Source: Carpediemonas membranifera BICM
Taxonomy: Eukaryota > Protista > Fornicata
Direction of reading: 5' to 3'
Length of the DNA: 64,000 nt
Assembly (NCBI GenBank): GCA_019828565.1
Contig: JAHDYR010000067.1
Location: 807,094 to 871,093 of the forward strand
The translations under genes and the position numbers were made by a program. The notes beneath the pieces are model-generated. The model had not been told where the DNA came from. It saw only the letters and a list, made by a program, of their open reading frames with translations, and did not search any database. How positions within the stretch are numbered: position 1 is the first letter of the stretch; each line of letters begins with the position of its first letter. This document shows positions 1 through 10,362 of this stretch, one piece after another.

Positions 1-3000
1 TTCGTATGCGGCGATGCGCTCGAGTGTCTTGAGGTCTGCTGTGCCTGGGTCGAAGCGAATGAGGCGGTCCTGGTGGACGAGCAGCTCGGACTTGGTGACG
101 AGGTCACGGAGGACGAATGTGTTGGGGCTCTTCCCTTCCCTGAGGAGTTGTAGCGGGCCGCGGACTGGAGGCAGAATCTTGGATGGGGCCTTGTGAGGAT
201 ATCTCAGGAGCACTAGGCGTTCGAGTTTCCAGTCGAAGTTGTCCGCCGGTTGGGTTTGTGCGGCCTTGTGACGCTCGTATGCGGCGATCTTCGCGCGGGC
301 TGCGTCGTGCATGGCCTGTATGTCGGTGTGGAATGCGTTAATGGCCTGGATGGTAGGTGTGTCTTGCGTCGCCTTGGCGGCGCTGATGATGCGTGACTCC
401 GGGAGGGCCGTGAGCGCGGACGTGTGTCCGAAAAGCAGCTCGAACGGCGTGAAGCCGGTAGTCGAGTGTGTCGAAGTGTTGATAATGTGTTGCACGATTG
501 GGATAAGTGCGGGCCAGTCGGTCGTTTCTGAGTCTAGTAGCAGGGCGCGCAGTCTGCGCATGATGGTCCCATTGACTCTCTCGACAACGCCGTTACTCTG
601 TGGGTGGTACGCCGTGGAGAACCTGTGGTTCAGGCTGATCTTCTTGTTGAGAGCGGCGATGGTTGAGTTCTTGAACTGACTTCCCTGGTCTGTCTGGATC
701 AGGCTGGGTGCGCCGAAGAGCGACCACACCTGGAGCATCGCGTCGGCGGCTTCTTCTGCCGAGGTTGACGCAACCGGCTTGAGCACAGTGAACTTGCTGA
801 AGACGTCGATGAACACGATCACGTGAGCGAGGCCATTCGTCTTTGGAAGCGGGCCGAGCGTGTCTATCTGCACCGCCTCGAATGGGCGGGTCTTCTGGGT
901 CGTATGCCACTGGGCCTTGGCGATGGGGTGGGATTTGAGCTTCTGGCAGACTGGGCAAGTCGCGACGTGCTCCGCGACGTCTGAGTTCATGGAAGACCAG
1001 GTCTTGCCGGCTTCCTTGAGATGGGCGATCGTTTGTTTGATCGAAGCATGGCCGTTGGCTCCAGCGTGGGCCTGCTGAATGTCGAAGCGGTGGGTGCTGC
1101 TGGCGATTTCGCTGATCGCCGCGCCGCTGGGGCGGGAGAGGGCGTCCGCGACGACGTTGGTTGTCCCTGCGATATGCATGATGTCGAAGGGGTACTCGGA
1201 TAGGATGAGTCTCCATCGCGTGAGCTTGCGCGTCCCTTCCTCAGCCTTGCGAATCATCCACACGATGTTCTTGTGATCTGTGAGTACGGTGAATGGCTTC
1301 AGCTTGAGAATCTGGCTAAACTCTGGCCGGGTGATGCAGTATATGACTGCGTAGAGCTCTTGCTCGACCGTCGCCCAGCGGCGTTGGGTCTCTGTGAACG
1401 TCTTTGAGAAGTACGCGAGGGGTTTCTTCGTGTCGCCCTCGTGTTGCCACAGCACTCCGCCGGCTGCGATTGTGGACGCGTCTGTCTCAAGTGTCCACTT
1501 GCAGGTCAGGTTGGGTAGTGCCAATGCCTTGTTGTCGGTGCACAGCTCCTTCAGAGCCGCGAATGCCTTGTCGTGTTCCTCAGTCCAAGGGAGCTTGTCT
1601 AGCTTCTTGGGTGATCCCTTGAGGAGGGCGTTGAGGGGGGCTGTGGCTGAGCTGAGTTGCGGGAGGTAGTTTGCGAGGTGGTTAAACTTGCCCATCGTGC
1701 GTCTGAGCTCTGTGACGGTGGTGGGGGCGGGCAGCTCCTTCAGCGCGGCGACGCGGCCTGGGCTCACCGAGCGGCCGGAGCTGTTGATGATGAATCCGCA
1801 GACCTCCACTTCGGCGGCGCCGATGGTACATTTGTCCGCGCGGAGGCGCAGGCGGTTGTCCTTGGCTCTCTGGAGGGTGAGTCTCAGGGTGTTGAGGAAT
1901 CCTTCTTCGGTCCGTGCGTAGAGGAATATGTCATCCACGTAGACCCGGTGGCCGGGGATGCCATCTAGCACGGCCTCCATCGCTCGTTGAAACTTGGAGG
2001 GGGCGTTCTTAAGTCCAAACGGGACCCTGAGGAACTCGGGTGGTGCCCGGGGACTACGAACGAGGTAAGGTGGATGCTGGCCGGCTCCATCAGCTGCTGC
2101 CAGTATCCGGACCGGAGATCGAGTGATGCAAAGTAAGAGCATCCGCCGGCTTCGTGGGGCAGGTCCCTCAGATCGGGGGAGGGGAAAGGCGTCGTCCTTC
2201 GTGGCGTCGTTAAGATCGTTGAATGCGACGCAGAAGCGGGGTTCGCCGTTCTTCTTGGTTGCCATCGTGTGGCGGCTGGCGTGCTCGGACTGGCTGTCTC
2301 GTATGATGCCGAGCTTCTTCATCTTCTCGATCTCGGAGAGGGCGGCTGAGCCAGCCTCTCCGACAAGCTGTCGAGGACGGCACTTGAGGTGAAAATCGCG
2401 TGTGAGTTCGATCTTGTGAGGCTGTAGTTTGCTGCCTTCTGGCGGGAGAGCCGGGTCGAACACCTCATCGAACTCCTCGACGATGCTTCGGACCTTGTTG
2501 GCGAACTCGGTGCCGTGGTCGTCCGGGATCGCGACGGCGAGCGAATGCTTCGAGTCCGAGGTTGACGCCGCTTCGAAGACGTCGGCGTCGATCATGTTGT
2601 GCTCTTCTAGATCGTCCTTATCATCCGGCTTCTCGGACGGGAGTATCAGTAGGCGGTCGTTGAGGACGTAGCCGATGTGCCTGAGGAGGTCCTTGCCGAT
2701 CAGCATCCTGTCGCTGGTGCCTGTGATCATGTGGACGTCCCAGTCGAGCGTGACGGTTTTGCCATCCATGCCAGGGAGTGTGATGGACATGGTGGCGATC
2801 TTGCCCACGGAGATAACGCGGTCGTCCGCGGCGAACAGGCGGAGGTCCGACTCGCGCCATTGGATGTTTCCTGGTATCTTTGGGGCGAGGTGCTCGGATA
2901 TGACGCAGACATCTGCGCCAGTGTCGAGCTTGGCTGGAAGTTGGACGGTTCCGGCGACCGTTACGGTTGTCTGTATGGGAATGGAGGTCGTTTGGACCTC

Positions 3001-4320
3001 GCCGACGGCGCCATCGCGTTGGTTCGCTCCGCAGTCCTTGGTTGTATGCTTTGAGTTCCAGCCATGCCTGTCACACCAGCGATTGAAAGACTTCGGGATG
3101 TAGAAATGCTCCTTGTCCTTAAACTGCTTGAACGGGTCCTGGCCTTCGACCTTGTGGGCCTTCGGCTTCAGCGGCTGGCCCTCGCGAGCAGAGGTGTCCT
3201 TGTTCGAGCACTGACTGTTATCATGCGGTGCCTTGTTGTCGGCCGGGATCGGCTTCGTCTTGGTCGACACGGCATAGGCCTGCCAGGGGACGACGATCTG
3301 GCCGAGATGGTCGGTCTCGAGGGTCGAGAGGGCGTCTATGCAGTCGCGGGCGGGACGCCAGTTGCCGTCCGAATCCCGCTCGATCAGCGCCTCGTATAGC
3401 GGGATCGCGTCGTCGTCGTATCCCTTGAGGGCGACAGACCGGACCGCAGCGCGGAGGGCGCTGTCGGGGATCTTATGGTAGCCATCGGCCTCGACGACGG
3501 GGTTGTACCCGTCGCACGCCTTCTGCAGGCGCAGAGTGTTAAGGCGGTGGGCCGCGTTCTGGCCGTACAGTTGGGTGCCCTTGCTCGTGATGGCCTTGAG
3601 GCGTGCACCGCGGTCGAGTGTTGGCATCAGGGTAAGGTACAGGTGAGGCAGGATGGTCCTGGCCTCGGCGCGAAGCTGGTCACGCACGGACACGGGGGCG
3701 GAGGGGGCGGCCGTTGCCGCTGACGGGAGAGAGTTGACGATTCTCGCGACATCCGCGGCCGATCGGGCCGGTTTGTCGTCCAGGGGGTTCGTTAGCGTCG
3801 CGAAGGTGAGGGTCGCATCCGGGTCCGCCTCGTGGCGGTCGTGGCTGGCCGTGCAGAGGCTGGCGAGCTTATCGTTCAGCTCGGCCTCGGCGCGGTCGTA
3901 AACAGCCTGCATCCGGCGCATCGCCGGGTCGAGAAGCGGGCTGTCCTTATAGGTGTTGGCGGCTGCAGCACAGAGCAAGAAGAGATCGTCCTGCAGAGCG
4001 TCGATGATTGCGCGGTATCTTGCGCGGCACGACGTGGCGTGTCTGTCAGGTTCTTGCTTGGCGTGTTGTGCCTGCGAGACCACGTCAGGGATAAGGGAGT
4101 CCCAGAACGACTCGAAGGTCGGGAACGTGGAGGTGGGCCGCCATGTGGCTTGTAGAAGCTCGAGGGTCTTTGCCGTGAATGTGTGGGGGAAAGAACGGGG
4201 TCTTTTGACGTTACCGACTTCCCGTAACCAGATCTCGTACCCCGTTGTGAGGGAAGAGACGTCTATCACGGATAGACCACTGTGTGATTCTGTAGAAGCA
4301 GAGTATCGATATTGTGCCAT
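1..4320 (-). CDS. Gag-Pol polyprotein, open to the window edge (hence absent from the ORF track)
   Basis: MAQYRY..DVSSL..WRPTS (homologous to gag at 57570); CHHC knuckle CDRHGWNSKHTTKDC; protease KLDTGAD (~2925); RT PFGLKNAP and YVDD (1941); RNase H TDAS; integrase IQTDQGSQF (~690). The RT segment YFASLDLRSGYWQ (~2135-2095) is out of frame between two compensating shifts. Confidence 0.88.
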   Translation of the reverse strand, partial: MAQYRYSASTESHSGLSVIDVSSLTTGYEIWLREVGNVKRPRSFPHTFTAKTLELLQATWRPTSTFPTFESFWDSLIPDVVSQAQHAKQEPDRHATSCRARYRAIIDALQDDLFLLCAAAANTYKDSPLLDPAMRRMQAVYDRAEAELNDKLASLCTASHDRHEADPDATLTFATLTNPLDDKPARSAADVARIVNSLPSAATAAPSAPVSVRDQLRAEARTILPHLYLTLMPTLDRGARLKAITSKGTQLYGQNAAHRLNTLRLQKACDGYNPVVEADGYHKIPDSALRAAVRSVALKGYDDDAIPLYEALIERDSDGNWRPARDCIDALSTLETDHLGQIVVPWQAYAVSTKTKPIPADNKAPHDNSQCSNKDTSAREGQPLKPKAHKVEGQDPFKQFKDKEHFYIPKSFNRWCDRHGWNSKHTTKDCGANQRDGAVGEVQTTSIPIQTTVTVAGTVQLPAKLDTGADVCVISEHLAPKIPGNIQWRESDLRLFAADDRVISVGKIATMSITLPGMDGKTVTLDWDVHMITGTSDRMLIGKDLLRHIGYVLNDRLLILPSEKPDDKDDLEEHNMIDADVFEAASTSDSKHSLAVAIPDDHGTEFANKVRSIVEEFDEVFDPALPPEGSKLQPHKIELTRDFHLKCRPRQLVGEAGSAALSEIEKMKKLGIIRDSQSEHASRHTMATKKNGEPRFCVAFNDLNDATKDDAFPLPRSEGPAPRSRRMLLLCITRSPVRILAAADGAGQHPPYLVRSPRAPPEFLRVPFGLKNAPSKFQRAMEAVLDGIPGHRVYVDDIFLYARTEEGFLNTLRLTLQRAKDNRLRLRADKCTIGAAEVEVCGFIINSSGRSVSPGRVAALKELPAPTTVTELRRTMGKFNHLANYLPQLSSATAPLNALLKGSPKKLDKLPWTEEHDKAFAALKELCTDNKALALPNLTCKWTLETDASTIAAGGVLWQHEGDTKKPLAYFSKTFTETQRRWATVEQELYAVIYCITRPEFSQILKLKPFTVLTDHKNIVWMIRKAEEGTRKLTRWRLILSEYPFDIMHIAGTTNVVADALSRPSGAAISEIASSTHRFDIQQAHAGANGHASIKQTIAHLKEAGKTWSSMNSDVAEHVATCPVCQKLKSHPIAKAQWHTTQKTRPFEAVQIDTLGPLPKTNGLAHVIVFIDVFSKFTVLKPVASTSAEEAADAMLQVWSLFGAPSLIQTDQGSQFKNSTIAALNKKISLNHRFSTAYHPQSNGVVERVNGTIMRRLRALLLDSETTDWPALIPIVQHIINTSTHSTTGFTPFELLFGHTSALTALPESRIISAAKATQDTPTIQAINAFHTDIQAMHDAARAKIAAYERHKAAQTQPADNFDWKLERLVLLRYPHKAPSKILPPVRGPLQLLREGKSPNTFVLRDLVTKSELLVHQDRLIRFDPGTADLKTLERIAAYE

Positions 4321-4371
4321 TGTTGGCTTGCGCAGGTAGATCTGTTTACATAAACTGCACTGGCTCTCACA
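4313..4371 (-). repeat. Putative 59-bp 5' mini-LTR of element 1
   Basis: TGTGAG...GGCACA ends. Shares the 15-mer GCAGTTTATGTAAAC with the 58-bp LTR at 52641-52698. The second copy is outside the window, so boundaries are inferred. Confidence 0.55.
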
Positions 4372-4851
4372 ACCCTATAAACAGTTTGAATCAGACTCCC
4401 TTTTACCTCGACAGATCACACCACAAAAATAAAGATGTACAACAGGCTCAAATCTGTCATTTTCAGATCTCAATCATTTGATTCATTTAGGGGGATTCCG
4501 CGCCTGCGCATATACTCCACATAGACACCCGAGCGATTCAGCGAGACACTTGTCCAGGGCATGCCAACTCGTGATTTGTATGCGCGACCAACTTCGAAAA
4601 ATGGTCGCGCGGTGTCCTAACATCATGTCTGACTCGTTCCGTACTCAGGTGGGTCGCGTAGGGGCGACGAGCCAACCGTCAAGGTTGGTCAAATGATTGG
4701 ATCAATTCGGCTGGCCACAATTTGGTTTCGCCGCCACAGCATGACGTAAATATTCTTCCCCCCCGTTGTTTTAAGGAACAGTAGCGCAGCGACGTAGTTC
4801 GCCCTTGTGTTGTCTGGTTCCGCAGGGGACACCCTCCTGAGGGATCACCCA

Positions 4852-4925
4852 GGATGCGTGGCTCAATTGGATAGAGTTTCTGATTTCTACTCAGAGGGTT
4901 GCAGGTTCGAGTCCTGCCGCATTCG
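4852..4925 (+). tRNA. tRNA-Arg(TCT)
   Basis: Acceptor GGATGCG/CGCATTC; A-box TGGCTCAATTGG; anticodon arm TCTGA-TT[TCT]AC-TCAGA; T arm GCAGG-TTCGAGT-CCTGC; TTTT terminator at 4928-4931. Confidence 0.95.
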
Positions 4926-4958
4926 TATTTTGCAAAACCACTAAACCGTATATGTCCT

Positions 4959-5003
4959 GCTAGCTGTCCTAGCCTCTAGACATACTTGCTCTACCCAACG
5001 GGG
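4959..5003 (-). repeat. Split direct repeat B2
   Basis: GCTAGCTGTCC...CCAACGGGG, identical to 5261-5305. Confidence 0.93.
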
Positions 5004-5101
5004 GGGGCGATCGTTTATTAAAGAAGAGAGCTAGTGTAAACGATCAGGGGACTCCGGCCAGCTTACCTACTGGGCGGATATACCGGTCTTGACCAGTATC
5101 G

Positions 5102-5305
5102 TGCCGTCGGATCTGGATGTTCCGAATTTTCTACCATTCTGCCCGCATAAACTGCGCGGCTCGCCTGGTCGGCGCATCACCATGCCGGAGCGAGGCGATC
5201 TCATTGCCCTCCGCTCACGGCCCGTTACCCGAGGTAACCTGTCAGCGCGATGTAACGCCAGCTAGCTGTCCTAGCCTCTAGACATACTTGCTCTACCCAA
5301 CGGGG
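5102..5305 (-). repeat. Split direct repeats A2 + B1 (internal copy of the circle junction)
   Basis: 5102-5260 matches 8783-8941; 5261-5305 matches 4959-5003. Confidence 0.93.
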
Positions 5306-5482
5306 ATATCCCACCGGCAACGAGCATAGTGGAATGGCTTGCAGGCACGCTTGCGAGCCCAAACCGACCGTCTCCTCGAGAGACCGCGTCAAAGAATGTC
5401 TGTTGTGGCTTACATCTGCCGTTGTAACGCGTGTCAGCCCCACCCTACCTAGCTCTCCCAGCCACTAGCTCCCGTCAGAGAT

Positions 5483-6400
5483 TTAAAGTGGTGGTTGGAG
5501 AAGGATGGAGGCCAGGTGTCCCTGGACCCCCGGGTGTGTGCGGACCCCGTTGCCCATATATCTCAGCATGCTTTTCGTGGAGGCCCACGTCCCCATGGAC
5601 AGGAGGACTTCGGTACTCGTGTGGGCTACCGCCAACTCCGTGGTGGCGCCCTTGCGGAATGAGTGCCACGAAATGTCGGTGCCGTACGCCTGGTGGATCC
5701 AGTGGCGGAGGGTTGACGCCGGTAGCGGCTTCGATAGTGAAATACCACCGGTTGAGGTGATCGCCCGCCAGATGAGGTCGTCGTCGCGGCGCGTTGCCGT
5801 GGGGACCCATGCCTTCAGGGCCCTTGCTGGGTTAAAGCGGGCCCACGATTGGTTTGGTACCAGCTTGCGGACGCCTGTGGCAGTCTTAGTTCTCGCGAAC
5901 AGAAGGAGGGCATTGCCATCAGCGTCGAACTCGACGTCTCTTCGTCTGAGCCCAAAGATCTCTGCGCCTCTACTCACGGTGATAAAGCAGAGAGCAGAAA
6001 AAGAGGGCGGCCTGGAAGGCTTGGGGTGACTTCCGACGTCTGTCTATGACCCTGCGGACTCTCGCGGACGTGACAGGCTTCGCACCCCCGGTCAGGCCTT
6101 CTACAGAGGCGACGTTCCGGGCGGCGGCGATTATCTGCTTGGCAGCGATCGGGGGGCGCCAGTCAGACACGAGTGGGGCGGCCTCGCAAATCCAGTAGCC
6201 TTTCCTGTGTATCGACTGTGGGCCCGACGTGGTACCCTCGGTCAGAAGGAACTCTTTGAGCTGTTGCGCGTGTGAGTGGCTCGCGTTGCGGGATTGGAGG
6301 AATTTGGCGACCCAGCCCGCTGCTGTGCGGCGCGACGATTCGTTTCTGAAATGTGATAGTCGGTCGTCAGCGAGGAGGGCTTGGAACGGGTTTTCAGGAT
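5483..6400 (-). CDS. Tyrosine recombinase of the PAT/DIRS element (frameshift near 5975-6005; start approximate)
   Basis: SRGAEI (R), RTKT (K), HSFRKG (HxxR), GTW, MLRY (catalytic Y). N-terminal part lies in ORF 5970-6788. Confidence 0.88.
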
Positions 6401-8261
6401 AAGCGCCACGAAGCGGATCTTGCCCTTGTCTGTCGCTGTCCAGGCTAGCTCGGACTGCAGGAGGTGTTTCGCCTGGACTCTGAGGTACAACTTGAGGGGT
6501 GTCAAACGTTTGATGGCTCGGACCTCGGGCGAGTTGAGGTCCGGGCACAGGACTATCGCCGCTGATCTCCAGTGTCGAGGGTTCCCAGTCTGGGTCGAGG
6601 CGCGTATTGTCTGGAGGCGACGACACGTCACTCCAAGAAGGGCTATAGGAGGAGCTATATAAATCCTGACTCCCCTCCAGTCCATCTGGAAGCCGTTGTC
6701 GTGGATTGACCAGGCTATTTCTGCAAAGCCTGGTAAGGCCAGAACCTTGTCGGGGCGTGCTGTGACGTCGATCTCGACCGGCCCCCACTTGCGCATGATG
6801 GTTTCCAAGACTTCTCGGGGTGACGACCAGTCGAGCTTGGCGAACCTGGAGAGCCTGTCCGCCTGGACATTCAGGTGTCCGGCAATATGGAAGCAGTGGA
6901 CGTCGAGGCGCTTGGTTTCTGCCGTGTTGTAGATGTCCTGTAGGATCTGGTGTGCGACTGGGGGAGGTTCGGCGATCCCCGTCTGTTTACCCAGCTGATG
7001 GCAGCTGAGTTGTCGGCAAAGACTGTGAGAGAGGAGCGTGACTCCTGCTGGGGCACGAGATTGATCGCCTGAGCGATCGCGAAGAGCTCCTTGACGCCAA
7101 TGTGTTCCCCCTTGAGATGAGGGGGGGAAGGCACCCTGTGATGCCGCTCCCTTCTCCCCATTGAACAGGCATGCTCCCCAGCCGGACGTTGATGCGTCTG
7201 AGGTGACAGAAATCTGGAGCGTATCGCGTATTTCCCAGTCCGCTCTTGCTTCGGCGAACCTCTTGGGTGGGCGATCGCGGAGGAGGACTTGCCACGCCGC
7301 CAGCTGCCTGCGGATTTGGCTGGAGAGGTGGACGGTCTCCGTCGTAGGGGTGGCCTGCAGTGGTCTGAGTGCGAGGCGGGCGAACTGTGTGGTCCCTGCG
7401 AAGAATGACAGACGGCCTAGGAGCTTCTGCCAGTCTGAAGCTGTGATGGACCCGACCCGGAGGGCCTTGGAGATCGTGGCCGTGTAGGCCTCGGCCTTGT
7501 CTTTTGAGATTCTTAGGGACTCGCTTGCGGTGTCTATGTGGACACCTAGGTAGTCTACCTGCTGGGTCGGCGTGAGGACGCACTTGTTGAGGCCCGGTAT
7601 CGCCCCCAGCGATAGCATGAGGTCGATGATCTGCGGGGTGACCGAAGCTAGGTACGATGGGGAGGCATGGGACACTAAGAAGTCGTCGAGATAGACCGCG
7701 ATGGTCACCCCGAACCTGTGTGCGATGATCTTTGCAAGCTGTATGGTCGTGCTCTGGAACACGTACGGCGCCGCTGTCCATCCGAAGCCGAGTGTGTTGT
7801 ACCTGAATGCGCGGCCGTCCGGTAGGACCACGCCTAGGAGGGGGGAGTCTCGCGAGGCGACGCCAAGTTGGTGGTATCCCGATGCTAGGTCTATCTTGAT
7901 CATGTAGTCGTTCTTGTGCAGATTGCGGACCGCCCGTCTGATGCCGAACAGACGAAACACCCTCAGCTCTGCTGTCAACTCGTTCAGGGCTCGGAGGTCG
8001 TGCACGGGGCGGACATCGTCTTTGCCCTTCGACACCGCGAACAGGGGTGCGCTGTGACGCAGTTCGTCTATCGGGCACGGGGAGAGGACGCCCTTGGCGA
8101 CTAGCTCTTCGATCTTCGGGAGTAGGCGGGGGTCCACTCGCCTTTGCGGTTCTGGTGGAGGGGGGCGCAGAGGTGAGGTGGATAGGGACGCCATCCCGCA
8201 GCCAGCTTACTACCTCGGGGGAGGCACCGAGTCTTGCCCACACCGGCCACTTTTTGTTCAT
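6242..8261 (-). CDS. RT-RNase H-DNA adenine methyltransferase-like ORF of the PAT/DIRS element (frameshifted)
   Basis: KIDLASGYHQ, LGFGWTAAP, YLDD, SDASTSGWGA, HIAGHLNVQADRLSR; MT-like IDVTA...DWRG..IYIAPP. The RNase H segment HIGVKEL..ADN is in another frame (6871-7161). Confidence 0.9.
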
Positions 8262-8290
8262 TGACGGGAACTGAACATCTGTGGCAAGGG

Positions 8291-8818
8291 CTACTTCTTG
8301 TGCTTCTTGTGAAACCCCCCTTTGTTCTGGGGCTGGTCCTTTCTCTTACCCTTGGCTCTGGCTTTGGCTGCGCAGTAGGAGATGGCACGGGGGGTTTTGG
8401 TCTGGGACGTGTTGAACAAGTCGAGAAACAGTTCGCAGGTTGCGTCCGACCAGTTGTCGTCCTTGAGGTCCAGAAGGGTACGGCGTGCTTGGAGTTCCAC
8501 CAGGAGTCTTGCTTTGAGCGGCTCGTCGTCGAGGGCGTTGACGATCACCATCACGCGGCGAAGCCACTTTGCTTCCGCCTTAAGTGGTCTCTTTGTCGGA
8601 AGCTCGCCGTATGCATCCATCTCTGCCAGTGTTTGGTCAATATCCGCTTCATCTTGTTCAGGGAAGAAATCAATTTGAGATTCCTTCGGCGGCTCGGTCT
8701 CGGGCGGCGGAGGAGGCGGATTAAGCTTTGCAAGCTGTTGCGAGATGGTAGCGATTGAGGCTTCTAGGTTATTGAGCCTCGTTGCCGTCGGATCTGGATG
8801 TTCCGAATTTTCTACCAT
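8291..8818 (-). CDS. Gag-like ORF1 of the PAT/DIRS element
   Basis: First ORF of the element, starting inside repeat A; coiled N-terminus and basic C-terminus. Confidence 0.7.
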   Translation of the reverse strand: MVENSEHPDPTATRLNNLEASIATISQQLAKLNPPPPPPETEPPKESQIDFFPEQDEADIDQTLAEMDAYGELPTKRPLKAEAKWLRRVMVIVNALDDEPLKARLLVELQARRTLLDLKDDNWSDATCELFLDLFNTSQTKTPRAISYCAAKARAKGKRKDQPQNKGGFHKKHKK

Positions 8819-8941
8819 TCTGCCCGCATAAACTGCGCGGCTCGCCTGGTCGGCGCATCACCATGCCGGAGCGAGGCGATCTCATTGCCCTCCGCTCACG
8901 GCCCGTTACCCGAGGTAACCTGTCAGCGCGATGTAACGCCA
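8783..8941 (-). repeat. Split direct repeat A1 (5' terminus)
   Basis: Identical to 5102-5260. Confidence 0.93.
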
Positions 8942-9562
8942 TAAAGTGCACCACATATTGCACAGCCGCTATATTTACAAGAAACCCCTGGTTTGCTGAT
9001 GTAAATATTCGGGACTTACCGCCACCTGGCATTCTCTGGGTAAGTCGAACTGGCTCGCCTTACCTGACGAGCAGGTACACTGGCCTTGACCAGCGTCTGT
9101 CCTGGCGCCGTCGCTGCTAGCGACAACTCTTCTGGCATTGTCCTTATCCTGCACATTGCGCCAAAACCCATCACCGAGGTGATAAATCTCAGACACCTGA
9201 TGTGGTGCCAATTCGGGCATTTAATCTGAGGAGCGCAACACCCTCATGATATTCTTGCATAAACCAACGGGTGGCTTGCTTCACACAGCTGTATGTATTC
9301 GCGAAGCCTTTTGCCAGGACTGCGACATACGCATCGCCTCTGACGATTATCCCCCAAGATGTTCTCTAACTGAGTGGCGTTTAATAATTAACTTCACAAT
9401 ACTATACTATAATATTAACCCGGTCTCAGCCGGATCTGCCATACCTCAAGAAACTCACACTGGCCGAACGATGAGCCTTAAGACGGCCGGCCATCTGTCT
9501 GCTCCAATGCGAGACAGTGCCTTGGTTCCGGGCCACCGCGGCTGTAAACCATGCCTCCCGAG

Positions 9563-10039
9563 TCATGTCACACGGTAGAAGCTAAGTCGAACACCCGACG
9601 CGGTGCGTTCCCCGCTGCTGATAAAGAGGCTTTCCCGGAGCCACTGGAGCCCGGGGTGGTGAACCTCGAACGTAGGTGTGGTTCTGAAGTAAACTTCGTC
9701 GGCGGGAATGTCGTTAAAAAACGACATGTCATCTCCAAACAGACGGTCACGGAACTCTGCTGGAACACGGCGAATGCCGTTGTTTTCGATGTAGAATGAC
9801 AAGCCATCATTTGTTTCAACAGCATATCGGGCTGACAGGCGGCATATACCGTTCTTATCGATCACCTGGCTGTCCACACCACCACCAACGACATATCCCT
9901 CGATGGCACCAGACACCGTGCCGCCCGTGATTGGAATGAGCTGTCTCTTGCCAAATTCGCGGCAATTCTCACCTTTGCTGACAATAACAGGCTGATCGAC
10001 AGTAATATTATGGAGAAAGAATGGAGAAAGACAATTCAA
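9563..10039 (-). CDS. DUF3237 (UPF0311) family protein, bacterial-like
   Basis: RQLIPITGG.V.G, GGVDSQ, LSARY..ET.DG, YFRTTP.FE, QWL..LF. Start uncertain: ORF begins at TTG and the ATG at 10055 is out of frame. Confidence 0.85.
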   Translation of the reverse strand: MNCLSPFFLHNITVDQPVIVSKGENCREFGKRQLIPITGGTVSGAIEGYVVGGGVDSQVIDKNGICRLSARYAVETNDGLSFYIENNGIRRVPAEFRDRLFGDDMSFFNDIPADEVYFRTTPTFEVHHPGLQWLRESLFISSGERTASGVRLSFYRVT

Positions 10040-10362
10040 GTCCTGGAGGGGTCATTATTCTCTCAAGACCGCTCTTTCGACTTCATGAACAACCTGAGAA
10101 ATTTTTTGAGTTGGGCCGAAAGGCACGATAATAGTGTCTGTGCCAGCGCACACCAGTCTCGTCGGTGTTCATGGTCATTCGATCGCAGTTTTCCGAGAAT
10201 ACTAACGCCCCCGGAGGCTCATCATTAAAATCAGCTATTTTCACGGGCGGATCTCGCCATATAGGCTCACTACGGCCTGCATCTCCCGCTCGTCGATCCG
10301 CAGAGCTTCAATTTTTGCGCGAGACGACTTGAGCCAAAGTCAAGAGGTCATCGTCTTCAAGT

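Larger units (their letters stand above)
1..4371 (-). mobile_element. Ty3/Gypsy LTR retrotransposon (element 1); 3' end runs off the window
   Basis: Manual translation of the minus frame from ATG 4320 gives gag, protease, RT, RNase H and integrase in Gypsy order. Candidate mini 5' LTR at 4313-4371. Confidence 0.93.
4959..8941 (-). mobile_element. PAT/DIRS-type tyrosine-recombinase retrotransposon with split direct repeats (A1-ORFs-B1-A2-B2)
   Basis: 159-bp A repeat at 8783-8941 and 5102-5260; 45-bp B repeat at 5261-5305 and 4959-5003. Encodes gag, RT/RNase H/methyltransferase-like and YR ORFs. Confidence 0.92.

Noticed and set aside
4246-4371. 126-bp LTR suggested by the inverted ends GTTGTGAG/CTCACAAC
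   Set aside because: It would extend into conserved gag sequence (DVSSL). The 59-bp boundary fits the sibling LTR size and the palindrome geometry better.
4395-4412. CCTTTTAC resembling U5 snRNA loop 1
   Set aside because: No closing stem.
4640-4850. Structured GC-rich stretch upstream of the tRNA (second Pol III RNA or snRNA?)
   Set aside because: Only short hairpins and partial A-box/Sm-like words; no recognisable fold.
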